Positions 1 through 8,062 of a DNA stretch of 24,000 nt are shown here, piece after piece (positions within the stretch are counted from its first letter, which is position 1; each line of letters opens with the position of its first letter). The stretch lies in the NCBI RefSeq assembly GCF_902536725.1, contig NZ_CACAYO010000012.1, positions 10,902 to 34,901 of the forward strand. The letters are read 5' to 3'. The stretch comes from an uncultured Prochlorococcus sp. GTDB lineage: Bacteria; Cyanobacteriota; Cyanobacteriia; PCC-6307; Cyanobiaceae. The notes below the pieces were generated by a model, which ran no database searches, was not told where the DNA came from, and saw nothing but the letters and a program-made list of their open reading frames with translations. Made by a program: the position numbers and the translations under genes.

Positions 1-597
1 AATATCCAACAAACTTTCAAAAGGTTATCTTCTATCAAGGAACCTTTAGAAGCAAAAATTTTCGCAGTCAATGAATCAATAAGTTCTCAACAATTATCTA
101 AATTAAAAAATCATTTTGACAAAATTAACATTAATTCCTTACATATTTATTCAAATAATAGAGATACAATATTAAGTGGAAAGTCTCTAAAAATAGATTC
201 AACTTTTTATAAAGAGCAAGAGATTCAAGAAAAATTACTTTTATTTAAGTCAAAAAATAAAGACGAAATTCTTCACGAAGGAACAGTTCGATCGGGTGAA
301 AGAATATCTTCAAATGGAAACCTATGCATTATTGGAGACGTTAATCCAGGAGCAATAGTTTCCGCCAAAAAAAACATTTACGTTTGGGGTAAATTACTAG
401 GGGTCGCATTTGCGGGAAAAAGTGGAAATAAGAATGCCTCTATTTCATCACTTTATTTAAAACCTTTACAATTAAGAATTGCAGATGTAATAGCTATTGG
501 ACCAAAGGATAAGCCCAAAAATTTTTACCCAGAAATTGCGGTTATAGATAAACAAACCATAATTATCAAACCACTCATAATCGAAACTAAAAATTAA
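1..597 (+). CDS. minC: Septum site-determining protein MinC, C-terminal part (5' end outside window)
   Basis: Frame +1 is open from base 1 to TAA at 595-597. My translation (...HEGTVRSGERISSNGNLCIIGDVNPGAIVSAKKNIYVWGKLLGVAFAGKSGNKNASISSLYLKPLQLRIADVIAIGPKDKP...) matches the MinC C-terminal beta-helix domain. It lies directly upstream of minD-minE. It is absent from the ORF track because no start codon lies in the window. Confidence 0.8.
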   Translation, partial: NIQQTFKRLSSIKEPLEAKIFAVNESISSQQLSKLKNHFDKININSLHIYSNNRDTILSGKSLKIDSTFYKEQEIQEKLLLFKSKNKDEILHEGTVRSGERISSNGNLCIIGDVNPGAIVSAKKNIYVWGKLLGVAFAGKSGNKNASISSLYLKPLQLRIADVIAIGPKDKPKNFYPEIAVIDKQTIIIKPLIIETKN

Positions 598-708
598 TCA
601 ATCATTTGCAATAAATTAACTTAAACTTTATAAATTTAAGAATTACTTAATCTTTAAAATATTTAACTTTCTGCAGGTGGCTTTATTATTTGGAAAATCC
701 TTAAAAAC

Positions 709-1524
709 GTGGGGAAAAATACTCGCACAATATTAATTTGTTCAGGTAAAGGTGGGGTTGGCAAAACCACTTTAACTGCGAATCTTGGCATAGCTCTCGC
801 TAATAGCGGAGCCACAACTGCTGTATTAGATGCTGATTTTGGCTTAAGGAATTTAGATCTTCTTCTTGGATTAGAAAATCGCATTATTTATACTGCGCAA
901 GATGTATTGGACAAGAATTGTCGTCTTGACCAAGCGTTGGTTAGACATAAAAAGGAACCTAATCTTGCTCTTCTACCCGCTGGAGATCCAAGGATGTTGG
1001 ATTGGATGAAGCCCGAAGATATGAAAAAAATTAGTGAACTGCTTAGTGAGAAATTTGATTTTGTGTTAGTAGATTGTCCTGCTGGCGTGGAAGATGGCTT
1101 TAAAAATGCTCTTGCAGCTTGTAAAGAAGCTATTGTTGTTACTAACCCAGAATTATCTGCAGTACGCGACGCAGATAGAGTAATTGGAATTCTTAATACT
1201 TCTGATATTAAACCTATTCAGCTTGTAATAAACAGAGTTCGCCCCAACATGATGGCAAGTCAAGAGATGCTATCTATCGATGATGTCCAAGGGATACTTT
1301 CTTTGCCTTTGTTAGGTATTGTTTTAGAAGATGAGCAAGTAATCATAAGTACAAATAGAGGAGAACCACTGACACTTACAGATGGCAGATCTCCTGCAAA
1401 AAAATGTTATTTGAATGTTTCTCAAAGACTGACAGGTAAGGATGTGCCAATTATTGACCCAAAAAATGAAGGTAAAAGTCTAAAAGATAAATTCATGAGA
1501 TTAATGCAAACAAAGGTTTTTTAA
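709..1524 (+). CDS. minD: Septum site-determining ATPase MinD
   Basis: 271-aa ORF with a GTG start. It has the deviant Walker [10 protein letters not shown], ParA/MinD-like sequence throughout, and a C-terminal amphipathic tail ([12 protein letters not shown]). It sits between minC and minE. Confidence 0.97.
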   Translation: MGKNTRTILICSGKGGVGKTTLTANLGIALANSGATTAVLDADFGLRNLDLLLGLENRIIYTAQDVLDKNCRLDQALVRHKKEPNLALLPAGDPRMLDWMKPEDMKKISELLSEKFDFVLVDCPAGVEDGFKNALAACKEAIVVTNPELSAVRDADRVIGILNTSDIKPIQLVINRVRPNMMASQEMLSIDDVQGILSLPLLGIVLEDEQVIISTNRGEPLTLTDGRSPAKKCYLNVSQRLTGKDVPIIDPKNEGKSLKDKFMRLMQTKVF

Positions 1525-1525
1525 A

Positions 1526-1861
1526 ATGATGACACTCAGAGATCTTATAAACAAGTTATTAGGCAGAGAAACGGCTAGCGCCAACACAGCAAGAGAACGA
1601 TTACAACTTGTACTTGCACACGATAGAGTTGATATGAGTTCTTTAACAACTGATCTTTTGGATAAAATGAGAAAAGAAATTCTCGATGTTGTTGCTAAAT
1701 ATGTTGAGATTGATTTTGAAGAGGTGGCAGTAAGTTTAGAGACGGAAGACAGAATGACTGCACTAGTAGCAAATCTACCAATCAAAAGAACTATTGACGG
1801 AGAAATAAAGTTTAAAAAAACTGATAAAACTAATAAAGCTAATAAAGATATCAAAAAGTAA
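1526..1861 (+). CDS. minE: Cell division topological specificity factor MinE
   Basis: 111-aa ORF starting 1 nt after the minD stop. The N-terminal LINKLLGR...[17 protein letters not shown] is typical of MinE. The lysine-rich C-terminal tail is low complexity. Confidence 0.92.
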   Translation: MMTLRDLINKLLGRETASANTARERLQLVLAHDRVDMSSLTTDLLDKMRKEILDVVAKYVEIDFEEVAVSLETEDRMTALVANLPIKRTIDGEIKFKKTDKTNKANKDIKK

Positions 1862-1927
1862 TAAATTTAAAAAAAAGCTAAAAAAATACTGATAATTGAC
1901 CCTCCCTAATTGTAAGATGAAGAGATT

Positions 1928-1999
1928 GCCGGCTTAGCTCAGCGGTAGAGCAGCGCTTTTGTAAAGCGAAGGTCATCAGTTCAAATCTGTTAGCCGGCA
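1928..1999 (+). tRNA. trnT: tRNA-Thr (anticodon UGU)
   Basis: Hand-folded cloverleaf. Acceptor GCCGGCT pairs with AGCCGGC, with discriminator A. The D arm is GCTC/GAGC. The anticodon loop is TT-TGT-AA. The T arm is GTCATCAGTTCAAATCTGTTAG with a GTTCAAATC T-loop. No encoded CCA. Confidence 0.9.
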
Positions 2000-2010
2000 T
2001 CTTATTTTAT

Positions 2011-2178
2011 TTAATTCTGTTCAATATTCTTTGCTGAAAATAAAAAAATCAAACCTATTAGAGCAATGATAGGGAACAATCTTATTTCGAGAAAATACTC
2101 TAAAAAAGATGTAAGGGGTTCAAATATCCAATAAGTTAAAAATTGAATTAATAAAACAAAAAATAATAATAAAAACAT
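2011..2178 (-). CDS. Possible 55-aa small membrane protein coupled to tsaC
   Basis: Hand translation: MFLLLFFVLLIQFLTYWIFEPLTSFLEYFLEIRLFPIIALIGLIFLFSAKNIEQN. Its ATG overlaps the tsaC stop as TAATG (minus strand 2180-2176). There are two hydrophobic segments. Caveat: F/L/I-rich ORFs arise easily in AT-rich DNA. Confidence 0.3.
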   Translation of the reverse strand: MFLLLFFVLLIQFLTYWIFEPLTSFLEYFLEIRLFPIIALIGLIFLFSAKNIEQN

Positions 2179-2759
2179 TAATGTAATTCCTTAACTAATA
2201 CTTCTCCCTCTCTAATTAGTCTCCAATTTCCACTTTTCTTCCAAAATATAATAGTACTAGCTTTTCCACTACTTTTTTCCCAGGGGATAGGTCCCAAAAT
2301 TTTTACAGAAGGGAAGTCTTGAGCAATACCTTCAGCTGTAATTGATCCTTTAAAACCTGAAATATTTGCACTTGAAGTTAACAATGGTCCTGTTTCTCTT
2401 AAAAGAGATTGTGCTACATATGAATTTGGTATTCTCAACCCAATAGTAAAATCTTTGCTGGTGAGGTTTACAGTCTGCTTTTCAGAAGCAGGGATAACAA
2501 TTGTAAGAGCTCCAGGCCAATATTTTGAAGCTACATATTCGTAATCTTTTTTAGCTGATTCGTGCACATAATCAATTAAATGTTTATGTTCTGATCCCAT
2601 AAGAATTAAGGGTTTGTTTCTATCTCTTTTTTTAAACTCATAAATTATATTTGAAAATTTTGGTAAACAACCAATTGCAGGTAAAGTGTCCGTTGGGAAA
2701 ATTATGGGCAAACCACTATTGAGCGTCTTCAAGGCAGATTTGCAGTCTACTAAATCCAT
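2178..2759 (-). CDS. tsaC: L-threonylcarbamoyladenylate synthase, short YrdC/TsaC type (Sua5/YciO/YrdC family)
   Basis: 193-aa ORF with family motifs PTDTLPAIG, KPLILM, LRIPNS and TSANISG. It lies 23 nt downstream of prmC on the same strand. Confidence 0.85.
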   Translation of the reverse strand: MDLVDCKSALKTLNSGLPIIFPTDTLPAIGCLPKFSNIIYEFKKRDRNKPLILMGSEHKHLIDYVHESAKKDYEYVASKYWPGALTIVIPASEKQTVNLTSKDFTIGLRIPNSYVAQSLLRETGPLLTSSANISGFKGSITAEGIAQDFPSVKILGPIPWEKSSGKASTIIFWKKSGNWRLIREGEVLVKELH

Positions 2760-2782
2760 TTAATTTATAAACCCATAATAAT

Positions 2783-3652
2783 TTATTTATATCTTCCAAT
2801 GGTAAATCTACCAATGCCTGATAGATCTTTCACAATTTCTATTGATGTAAATTTATTTTTAAAAAGTAGTTGTTTTACTTTTTCACTTTGATCAAAATGA
2901 TTCTCTAAAATTAGCCAACCATTATGTTTCAAGAATAATGGTGCTTTTTGTATGATTTCCCTAAAATGGTCTAAACCATCTTCGCCACCAAATAAAGCAA
3001 CTTTAGGTTCGAAATTTTTAACTTCTTTTGGTAATTTTTCATAAGTATCTCTAGGAATATATGGCGGGTTTGAAATAGCGAGGTCTAATTTTCCTTTAAA
3101 ACTTTCAAGAGGTGACCACCAATTTCCGCAATAAAATTTTAAATTTGATTGTTTAGAAGAATTTATAAAATTTTTAGTGGCTATTTCTAATGCATCTTGA
3201 TCAATGTCTGTTGCTACTACCTCGCTTAATGGATAAGCCAATGCCAAAGCAATGCTAATAGCACCTGATCCAGTTCCTAATTCAGCAAAAAATAATTTTT
3301 CTGATTTCTTTTGAAATATATTGAAAACAATATCAACTATTAGCTCTGTTTCCGATCTAGGAATGAGTACTTTGTTTGTAACTTTTAATTTTAAGTCTCT
3401 CCAAAAAGTTATTCCGCAGAGGTATTGAATGGGGCAGGATTTAAGTAAATGATCATCCCAAACAGATTCTAAAAATTCTAAATTTTTTTTTAAATATAAA
3501 TTTCCTCTAGGATTTATAGTTATCAAATTTAGATCATTAGTAGGTATACCTCCTATACAATCAAGTAAAAATTCAAAGGATTGTTGATCTCCTCCTTTAG
3601 AAAGTTGCTTTTTTTTCCAAAATAAAAATTCTTTTACAGAAATGCAAAGCAT
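2783..3652 (-). CDS. prmC: Release factor glutamine N5-methyltransferase PrmC/HemK
   Basis: 289-aa ORF with the SAM-binding motif ELGTGSGAISIALA and the catalytic NPPY (ISNPPYIP). Confidence 0.9.
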   Translation of the reverse strand: MLCISVKEFLFWKKKQLSKGGDQQSFEFLLDCIGGIPTNDLNLITINPRGNLYLKKNLEFLESVWDDHLLKSCPIQYLCGITFWRDLKLKVTNKVLIPRSETELIVDIVFNIFQKKSEKLFFAELGTGSGAISIALALAYPLSEVVATDIDQDALEIATKNFINSSKQSNLKFYCGNWWSPLESFKGKLDLAISNPPYIPRDTYEKLPKEVKNFEPKVALFGGEDGLDHFREIIQKAPLFLKHNGWLILENHFDQSEKVKQLLFKNKFTSIEIVKDLSGIGRFTIGRYK

Positions 3653-3663
3653 TTATTACAGCA

Positions 3664-3816
3664 TTAGCGTTTTGGGCCAAGCTTACCTTTACTAGAGTCA
3701 GAGTAGAAACTTGATTTTTCTCCGTCTTGTGTAGAAATAAATAAACCAATGAGGAATATTGTTGGCACTCCTACAAATAAAAGACTAGCTACAAATCCAA
3801 AGTTAGTTGTTTCCAT
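3664..3816 (-). CDS. psbM: Photosystem II reaction centre protein M
   Basis: Not in the ORF track (50 aa). Hand translation: METTNFGFVASLLFVGVPTIFLIGLFISTQDGEKSSFYSDSSKGKLGPKR. The NxGF(I/V)AS(L/I)LFV.VPT.FL core is the PsbM signature. ATG is at 3816-3814 and TAA at 3666-3664. Confidence 0.85.
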   Translation of the reverse strand: METTNFGFVASLLFVGVPTIFLIGLFISTQDGEKSSFYSDSSKGKLGPKR

Positions 3817-3920
3817 TTAATTAATAGTTCTATAAGAGGTATTAAGACTATAAACGTATAACTCGGGATAAAGTGGAAAAATAAAAAAATTTTATAAACT
3901 GATTAACAGTCTTAAACAAT

Positions 3921-4283
3921 TTAGCGAGGTAATTTTTTATTTTCACTACTTTTTATTAATTCTTCCAAGTTTGAAGGAGGGGATTGTGGTTTTGTTAAAA
4001 TTATTGTAGATGATTTTATTAATGTTTGACATGCAAGCCGCCAATTTTCTGGTCTATTTTTGAGTTTTTCTTCTTCAACAGATGTGAGGGGGCTCAAAGA
4101 ATTTTTATTTCCACCTTCAACAGAAATAAAACAAGTACTGCATTGTCCAGCTCCTCCACAATTACCTAAAATACCTTTTAATCCATAAAGTTGTAAATTC
4201 TCTCTCATTACAAGTTCCCTTAAATTTTCACCTGGATTGCATTGAACCTCATAATCCTCACGAATAAATCTGATAGTTGCCAT
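3921..4283 (-). CDS. 2Fe-2S ferredoxin-like protein
   Basis: 120-aa ORF with the cysteine pattern C42-x5-C48-x2-C51...C85 (NCGGAGQCSTC ... LACQT) in a beta-grasp-like context (ATIRFIRED...VQCNPGENL). Confidence 0.8.
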   Translation of the reverse strand: MATIRFIREDYEVQCNPGENLRELVMRENLQLYGLKGILGNCGGAGQCSTCFISVEGGNKNSLSPLTSVEEEKLKNRPENWRLACQTLIKSSTIILTKPQSPPSNLEELIKSSENKKLPR

Positions 4284-4505
4284 TTTTTTAGTTATTTTTC
4301 TTATTTTGGCGTTTTACTTTGAGAATTGTGACCAAAATATTAACAGTTTTTAGCCGAAAATTCCTTATAAACTCAGTTCTGCTAATCGATTTGCCCAATT
4401 TTTGCAAGAAAATAAATTTATTTACAAAAATCCCTCAAAGACTAAAAAACCCTTACTATCGTGATGTTTAGCTGTTAATACAGCATAGTTACTAGAAATT
4501 AACCG

Positions 4506-6029
4506 ATGGGATTGCCTTGGTATCGAGTTCACACAGTAGTTATTAATGACCCAGGTCGACTACTTGCTGTGCATCTTATGCATACTGCATTATTAGCCGG
4601 CTGGGCCGGTTCAATGGCTCTTTACGAATTAGCCATTTTTGATCCTTCTGATGCTGTTCTTAATCCAATGTGGAGACAGGGTATGTATGTTATGCCTTTC
4701 ATGGCAAGACTAGGCATCACAAGTAGTTGGAACGGATGGGATATTACTGGTGCCACTGGAGTTGATCCTGGATTCTGGAGTTTTGAAGGGGTTGCAGCAG
4801 CTCACATAGTATTTAGTGGCCTATTAATGCTGGCCTCTATTTGGCACTGGACATACTGGGACTTAGATTTGTGGGAAGATTCAAGAACTGGTGAACCTGC
4901 TCTTGATTTGCCAAGAATTTTCGGGATTCACCTTCTTCTCGCCGGACTAACCTGTTTTGGTTTTGGAGCTTTTCATTGCGCAAACGTTGGGATTTGGGTT
5001 TCTGATCCATATGGCTTAACTGGCCACGTAGAGCCTGTGGCCCCCTCCTGGGGAGTAGAAGGATTTAATCCTTTTAATCCTGGAGGTATAGTAGCGAATC
5101 ATATTGCAGCAGGACTTATGGGTATTATTGGAGGTATTTTTCACATCACCAATAGACCTGGAGAAAGACTTTACAGAGCATTAAAACTTGGAAGTCTCGA
5201 GGGAGTCCTAGCAAGTGCTTTGGCTGCTGTATTATTTGTATCTTTCGTTGTATCCGGAACAATGTGGTACGGTTCAGCAACAACCCCTGTAGAGCTTTTT
5301 GGTCCTACCAGATATCAATGGGATTCAGGCTATTTCAAAACTGAAATTAATAGAAGAGTACAAGCAGCTATAGATGATGGTGCCACTAAATCAGAGGCAT
5401 ATGCATCGATTCCAGAAAAATTAGCCTTCTACGATTACGTTGGAAATAGTCCGGCGAAAGGAGGACTATTTAGAGTCGGAGCTCTTGTTAATGGTGATGG
5501 ATTACCAACTGGTTGGCAAGGTCACATTGCTTTTCAAGATAAGGAAGGTAATGAATTAGAAGTCAGAAGAATTCCTAATTTCTTTGAAAACTTCCCTGTC
5601 ATTCTTGAAGATAAAGAAGGAAATGTAAGAGCAGATATTCCGTTTAGAAGAGCTGAAGCAAAGTATTCATTCGAACAAACTGGTATCACTGCGACAATCT
5701 ATGGAGGTGACCTAGATGGACAAACATTTACAGATCCTGCAGTAGTTAAAAGATTAGCTAGAAAGGCTCAACTTGGAGAAGCATTCAAGTTTGACAGAGA
5801 GACATATAAATCTGACGGTGTATTCCGAAGCTCTCCGAGAGCCTGGTTTACATATGCACACTTATGTTTCGGATTGCTATTCTTATTTGGTCACTGGTGG
5901 CATGCTTCAAGAACTCTTTACAGAAATTCCTTTGCTGGTATTGATGCTGAAATTGGGGACCAAGTTGAATTTGGTTTATTCAAGAAACTTGGTGACGAAA
6001 CCACAAGAAGAATCCCAGGAAGGGTTTAA
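4506..6029 (+). CDS. psbB: Photosystem II CP47 chlorophyll apoprotein
   Basis: 507-aa [46 protein letters not shown] and the rest match CP47 end to end. Confidence 0.99.
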   Translation: MGLPWYRVHTVVINDPGRLLAVHLMHTALLAGWAGSMALYELAIFDPSDAVLNPMWRQGMYVMPFMARLGITSSWNGWDITGATGVDPGFWSFEGVAAAHIVFSGLLMLASIWHWTYWDLDLWEDSRTGEPALDLPRIFGIHLLLAGLTCFGFGAFHCANVGIWVSDPYGLTGHVEPVAPSWGVEGFNPFNPGGIVANHIAAGLMGIIGGIFHITNRPGERLYRALKLGSLEGVLASALAAVLFVSFVVSGTMWYGSATTPVELFGPTRYQWDSGYFKTEINRRVQAAIDDGATKSEAYASIPEKLAFYDYVGNSPAKGGLFRVGALVNGDGLPTGWQGHIAFQDKEGNELEVRRIPNFFENFPVILEDKEGNVRADIPFRRAEAKYSFEQTGITATIYGGDLDGQTFTDPAVVKRLARKAQLGEAFKFDRETYKSDGVFRSSPRAWFTYAHLCFGLLFLFGHWWHASRTLYRNSFAGIDAEIGDQVEFGLFKKLGDETTRRIPGRV

Positions 6030-6052
6030 ACTAAACTTAATTACTTAATCTT

Positions 6053-6151
6053 ATGGAAGCTTTTGCTTACGTTCTTATTCTAACTCTTGCAGTTGTTACC
6101 TTGTTCTTTGCTGTCGCCTTTAGAGACCCACCTAAATTCGATAGAAAATGA
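6053..6151 (+). CDS. psbT: Photosystem II reaction centre protein T
   Basis: Not in the ORF track (32 aa). Hand translation: [32 protein letters not shown]. It lies 23 nt after psbB, the canonical psbB-psbT arrangement. Confidence 0.9.
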   Translation: MEAFAYVLILTLAVVTLFFAVAFRDPPKFDRK

Positions 6152-6160
6152 ACAATTAAA

Positions 6161-6189
6161 AAAAAACCTCTTTAACAAGGGGTTTTTTA
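6161..6189 (+). terminator. Rho-independent terminator of psbB-psbT
   Basis: AAAAAA-CCTCTT-TAAC-AAGGGG-TTTTTT. The stem is 6 bp (one G.U), is extendable through A/T-tract pairing, and is followed by a T-run. It begins 10 nt after the psbT stop. Confidence 0.65.
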
Positions 6190-6209
6190 CTTTTCATAAT
6201 TAAAATATT

Positions 6210-6257
6210 ACTCTACTATTAGAGTTAAAGCGCAGTTTATTTCACCACATGCAGTGT
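6210..6257. promoter_or_regulatory. Two candidate NrdR-box-like 16-mers upstream of and over the nrdR start
   Basis: Box 1 is ACTCTACTATTAGAGT (6210-6225), with perfect 6-bp inverted arms. Box 2 is TCACCACATGCAGTGT (6242-6257), an imperfect palindrome spanning the ATG at 6249. Centres are 32 bp apart. The consensus comparison is from memory only. Confidence 0.3.
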
Positions 6258-6728
6258 CCAACCTGTCAAAACACAGATAGCAGAGTTTTGGAATCAAGAT
6301 CTGCTGATACTGGTAAAAGTGTTCGAAGAAGAAGAGAGTGCTTAAATTGCAGCTTTAGATTTACAACTTACGAAAGAGTGGAATCGATGCCAATTTCAGT
6401 TCTAAAGAAAGACGGTAGCAGAGAATTATTTGATAAACAAAAACTATTTACTGGTATCTCAAGAGCTTGCGAAAAGACTAACTTCAGTAGTGAAGCAATT
6501 ATTAATTTCGTAGATGGAATTGAATCTCAAATAGTTCAAGACTCTAACAAAGATATTAAATCTTCAAAAATCGGAGAATTAATACTTAAAAATCTCAGGA
6601 AAGAGAATGAAGTAGCCTATATAAGGTACGCTTCAGTTTACAGAAAATTTAATGGGGTAAAAGATTTTATTTCTACTCTTGAATCTCTAAAAGTAAGTTC
6701 AAAAAACCAATTAGCTTCAATTTCATAA
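6249..6728 (+). CDS. nrdR: Transcriptional repressor NrdR (zinc ribbon plus ATP-cone)
   Basis: 159-aa ORF. It has the N-terminal zinc ribbon MQCPTCQ...[12 protein letters not shown] followed by ATP-cone sequence ([16 protein letters not shown]...[12 protein letters not shown]). Confidence 0.95.
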   Translation: MQCPTCQNTDSRVLESRSADTGKSVRRRRECLNCSFRFTTYERVESMPISVLKKDGSRELFDKQKLFTGISRACEKTNFSSEAIINFVDGIESQIVQDSNKDIKSSKIGELILKNLRKENEVAYIRYASVYRKFNGVKDFISTLESLKVSSKNQLASIS

Positions 6729-6771
6729 AATTCAGCATCTTAAAGTGTAGAATACATATCACAAATGTTTT

Positions 6772-6797
6772 TGCTACTGGTTTGCAGGCTAGTAGCA
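6772..6797 (+). other. Stem-loop between nrdR and the S1 gene (nrdR terminator or S1 leader structure)
   Basis: TGCTACTGG-TTTGCAGG-CTAGTAGCA forms a 9-bp stem (one G.U) with an 8-nt loop, followed by the pyrimidine-rich TTCCTTTCT. A TAGAAT -10-like hexamer lies at 6748-6753, so the role is ambiguous. Confidence 0.35.
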
Positions 6798-6836
6798 TTC
6801 CTTTCTAACTACCCTAGGTAGTCTGCGATACAACAA

Positions 6837-7928
6837 ATGAACGAAAATTCTTCTCAAACCATTAAAGAACTTTCTGAGGATCAAGAAATTCAAAATTCGT
6901 CTGAGTTAGATAATGATGCAGCCTCTAAAAATGAGGAAGATTTATCATTCGAAAAGAGCGATATACCTTCAGCAGACTCTTCCTCTAGCAGAACAAATAC
7001 TGACTTTGACAACGCAGGATTTACACAAGAAGAATTTGCATCACTTTTGGGTAAGTATGACTATAATTTTAAGCCTGGCGATCTAGTTAAGGGTACCGTT
7101 TTTGCTCTAGAGCCCAAGGGGGCCATGATAGATATAGGGGCAAAAACAGCTGCTTTTATGCCTGTTCAGGAGGTTTCAATAAATAGAGTTGAAGGACTTA
7201 ATGATGTTTTACAGCCTTCTGAAAGTAGAGAATTTTTCATAATGAGCGAAGAGAATGAAGATGGCCAATTAGCCCTCTCCATTCGAAGAATTGAATATCA
7301 AAGAGCATGGGAAAGGGTTAGACAACTCCAAAAAGAAGATGCAACTATATATTCTGAAGTTTTTGCAACGAACAGAGGCGGAGCACTTGTTAGGGTAGAA
7401 GGTTTGAGAGGTTTTATCCCAGGCTCTCATATAAGTGCTCGAAGAATCAAAGATGACTTAGAAGGCGAATATTTACCTTTAAAATTTCTTGAAGTTGATG
7501 AAGAGAGAAATAGATTAGTACTAAGTCATAGAAGAGCTTTGGTTGAGAAAAAGATGAACCGACTTGAGGTAGGAGAAGTTGTTGTTGGCTCTGTAAAAGG
7601 CATTAAACCTTATGGAGCCTTTATTGATATTGGTGGAGTTAGTGGTCTACTGCACATTTCTGAGATTAGTCATGAACATATTGAGACTCCTCATAATGTT
7701 TTAAATGTGAACGACCAAATGAAAGTTATGATAATTGACCTTGATTCAGAAAGAGGACGTATTTCATTATCTACTAAAGCACTTGAGCCTGAACCAGGAG
7801 ATATGCTAACTGACCCTCAAAAAGTTTTTAGTAAAGCTGAAGAAATGGCTGCAAAATACAAACAAATGTTATTTGAACAAACTGACGATATTGAAGAGAT
7901 TCCAACAGCTTCAGCTGAATCAGTATAA
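6837..7928 (+). CDS. rpsA: 30S ribosomal protein S1 (cyanobacterial short form with three S1 domains)
   Basis: 363-aa ORF with three S1/OB motifs: GDLVKGTVFALEPKGAMIDIGAKTAAFMP, ATNRGGALVRVEGLRGFIPGSHIS and GEVVVGSVKGIKPYGAFIDIGGVSGLLHISEIS. The N- and C-terminal tails are acidic. Confidence 0.9.
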   Translation: MNENSSQTIKELSEDQEIQNSSELDNDAASKNEEDLSFEKSDIPSADSSSSRTNTDFDNAGFTQEEFASLLGKYDYNFKPGDLVKGTVFALEPKGAMIDIGAKTAAFMPVQEVSINRVEGLNDVLQPSESREFFIMSEENEDGQLALSIRRIEYQRAWERVRQLQKEDATIYSEVFATNRGGALVRVEGLRGFIPGSHISARRIKDDLEGEYLPLKFLEVDEERNRLVLSHRRALVEKKMNRLEVGEVVVGSVKGIKPYGAFIDIGGVSGLLHISEISHEHIETPHNVLNVNDQMKVMIIDLDSERGRISLSTKALEPEPGDMLTDPQKVFSKAEEMAAKYKQMLFEQTDDIEEIPTASAESV

Positions 7929-8062
7929 ATTCACTTATTTCTTTTGTGCACAAATATCGGAACTTAAGTCTTATTATTCTTGTACAGCTTTTAATTTACA
8001 ATAATTGATTTGTAACGATAGTTTAATTTAGGATAAAGTCTAATTTTCAAAATTAATTCCAA

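Noticed and set aside
663-884. 73-aa minus-strand ORF over the minD 5' end
   Set aside because: It is antisense to the minD Walker A region, has no motif, and has an arginine/proline-rich shadow-frame composition.
1501-1854. 117-aa ORF antisense to the whole of minE
   Set aside because: It is the mirror frame of a confidently identified gene. The L/S/I-rich product has no recognisable motif. It is a typical shadow ORF.
3843-3914. A 7-8 bp inverted repeat (TAAGACTA ... CAGTCTTA) between the ferredoxin-like gene and psbM
   Set aside because: The arms are short and AT-rich and are separated by about 56 nt. This is well within chance expectation for this composition.
5773-6048. 91-aa plus-strand ORF in an alternative frame of the psbB 3' end
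   Set aside because: It lies inside one of the most conserved cyanobacterial genes, in a different frame, with a TTG start and no recognisable product.
7929-8062. A SAM riboswitch in the metK 5' region
   Set aside because: The 134-nt spacer is almost entirely AT-rich. I could not trace the paired helices or conserved cores of the SAM-I, SAM-II or SAM-V classes. Only a covariance-model scan could overturn this.
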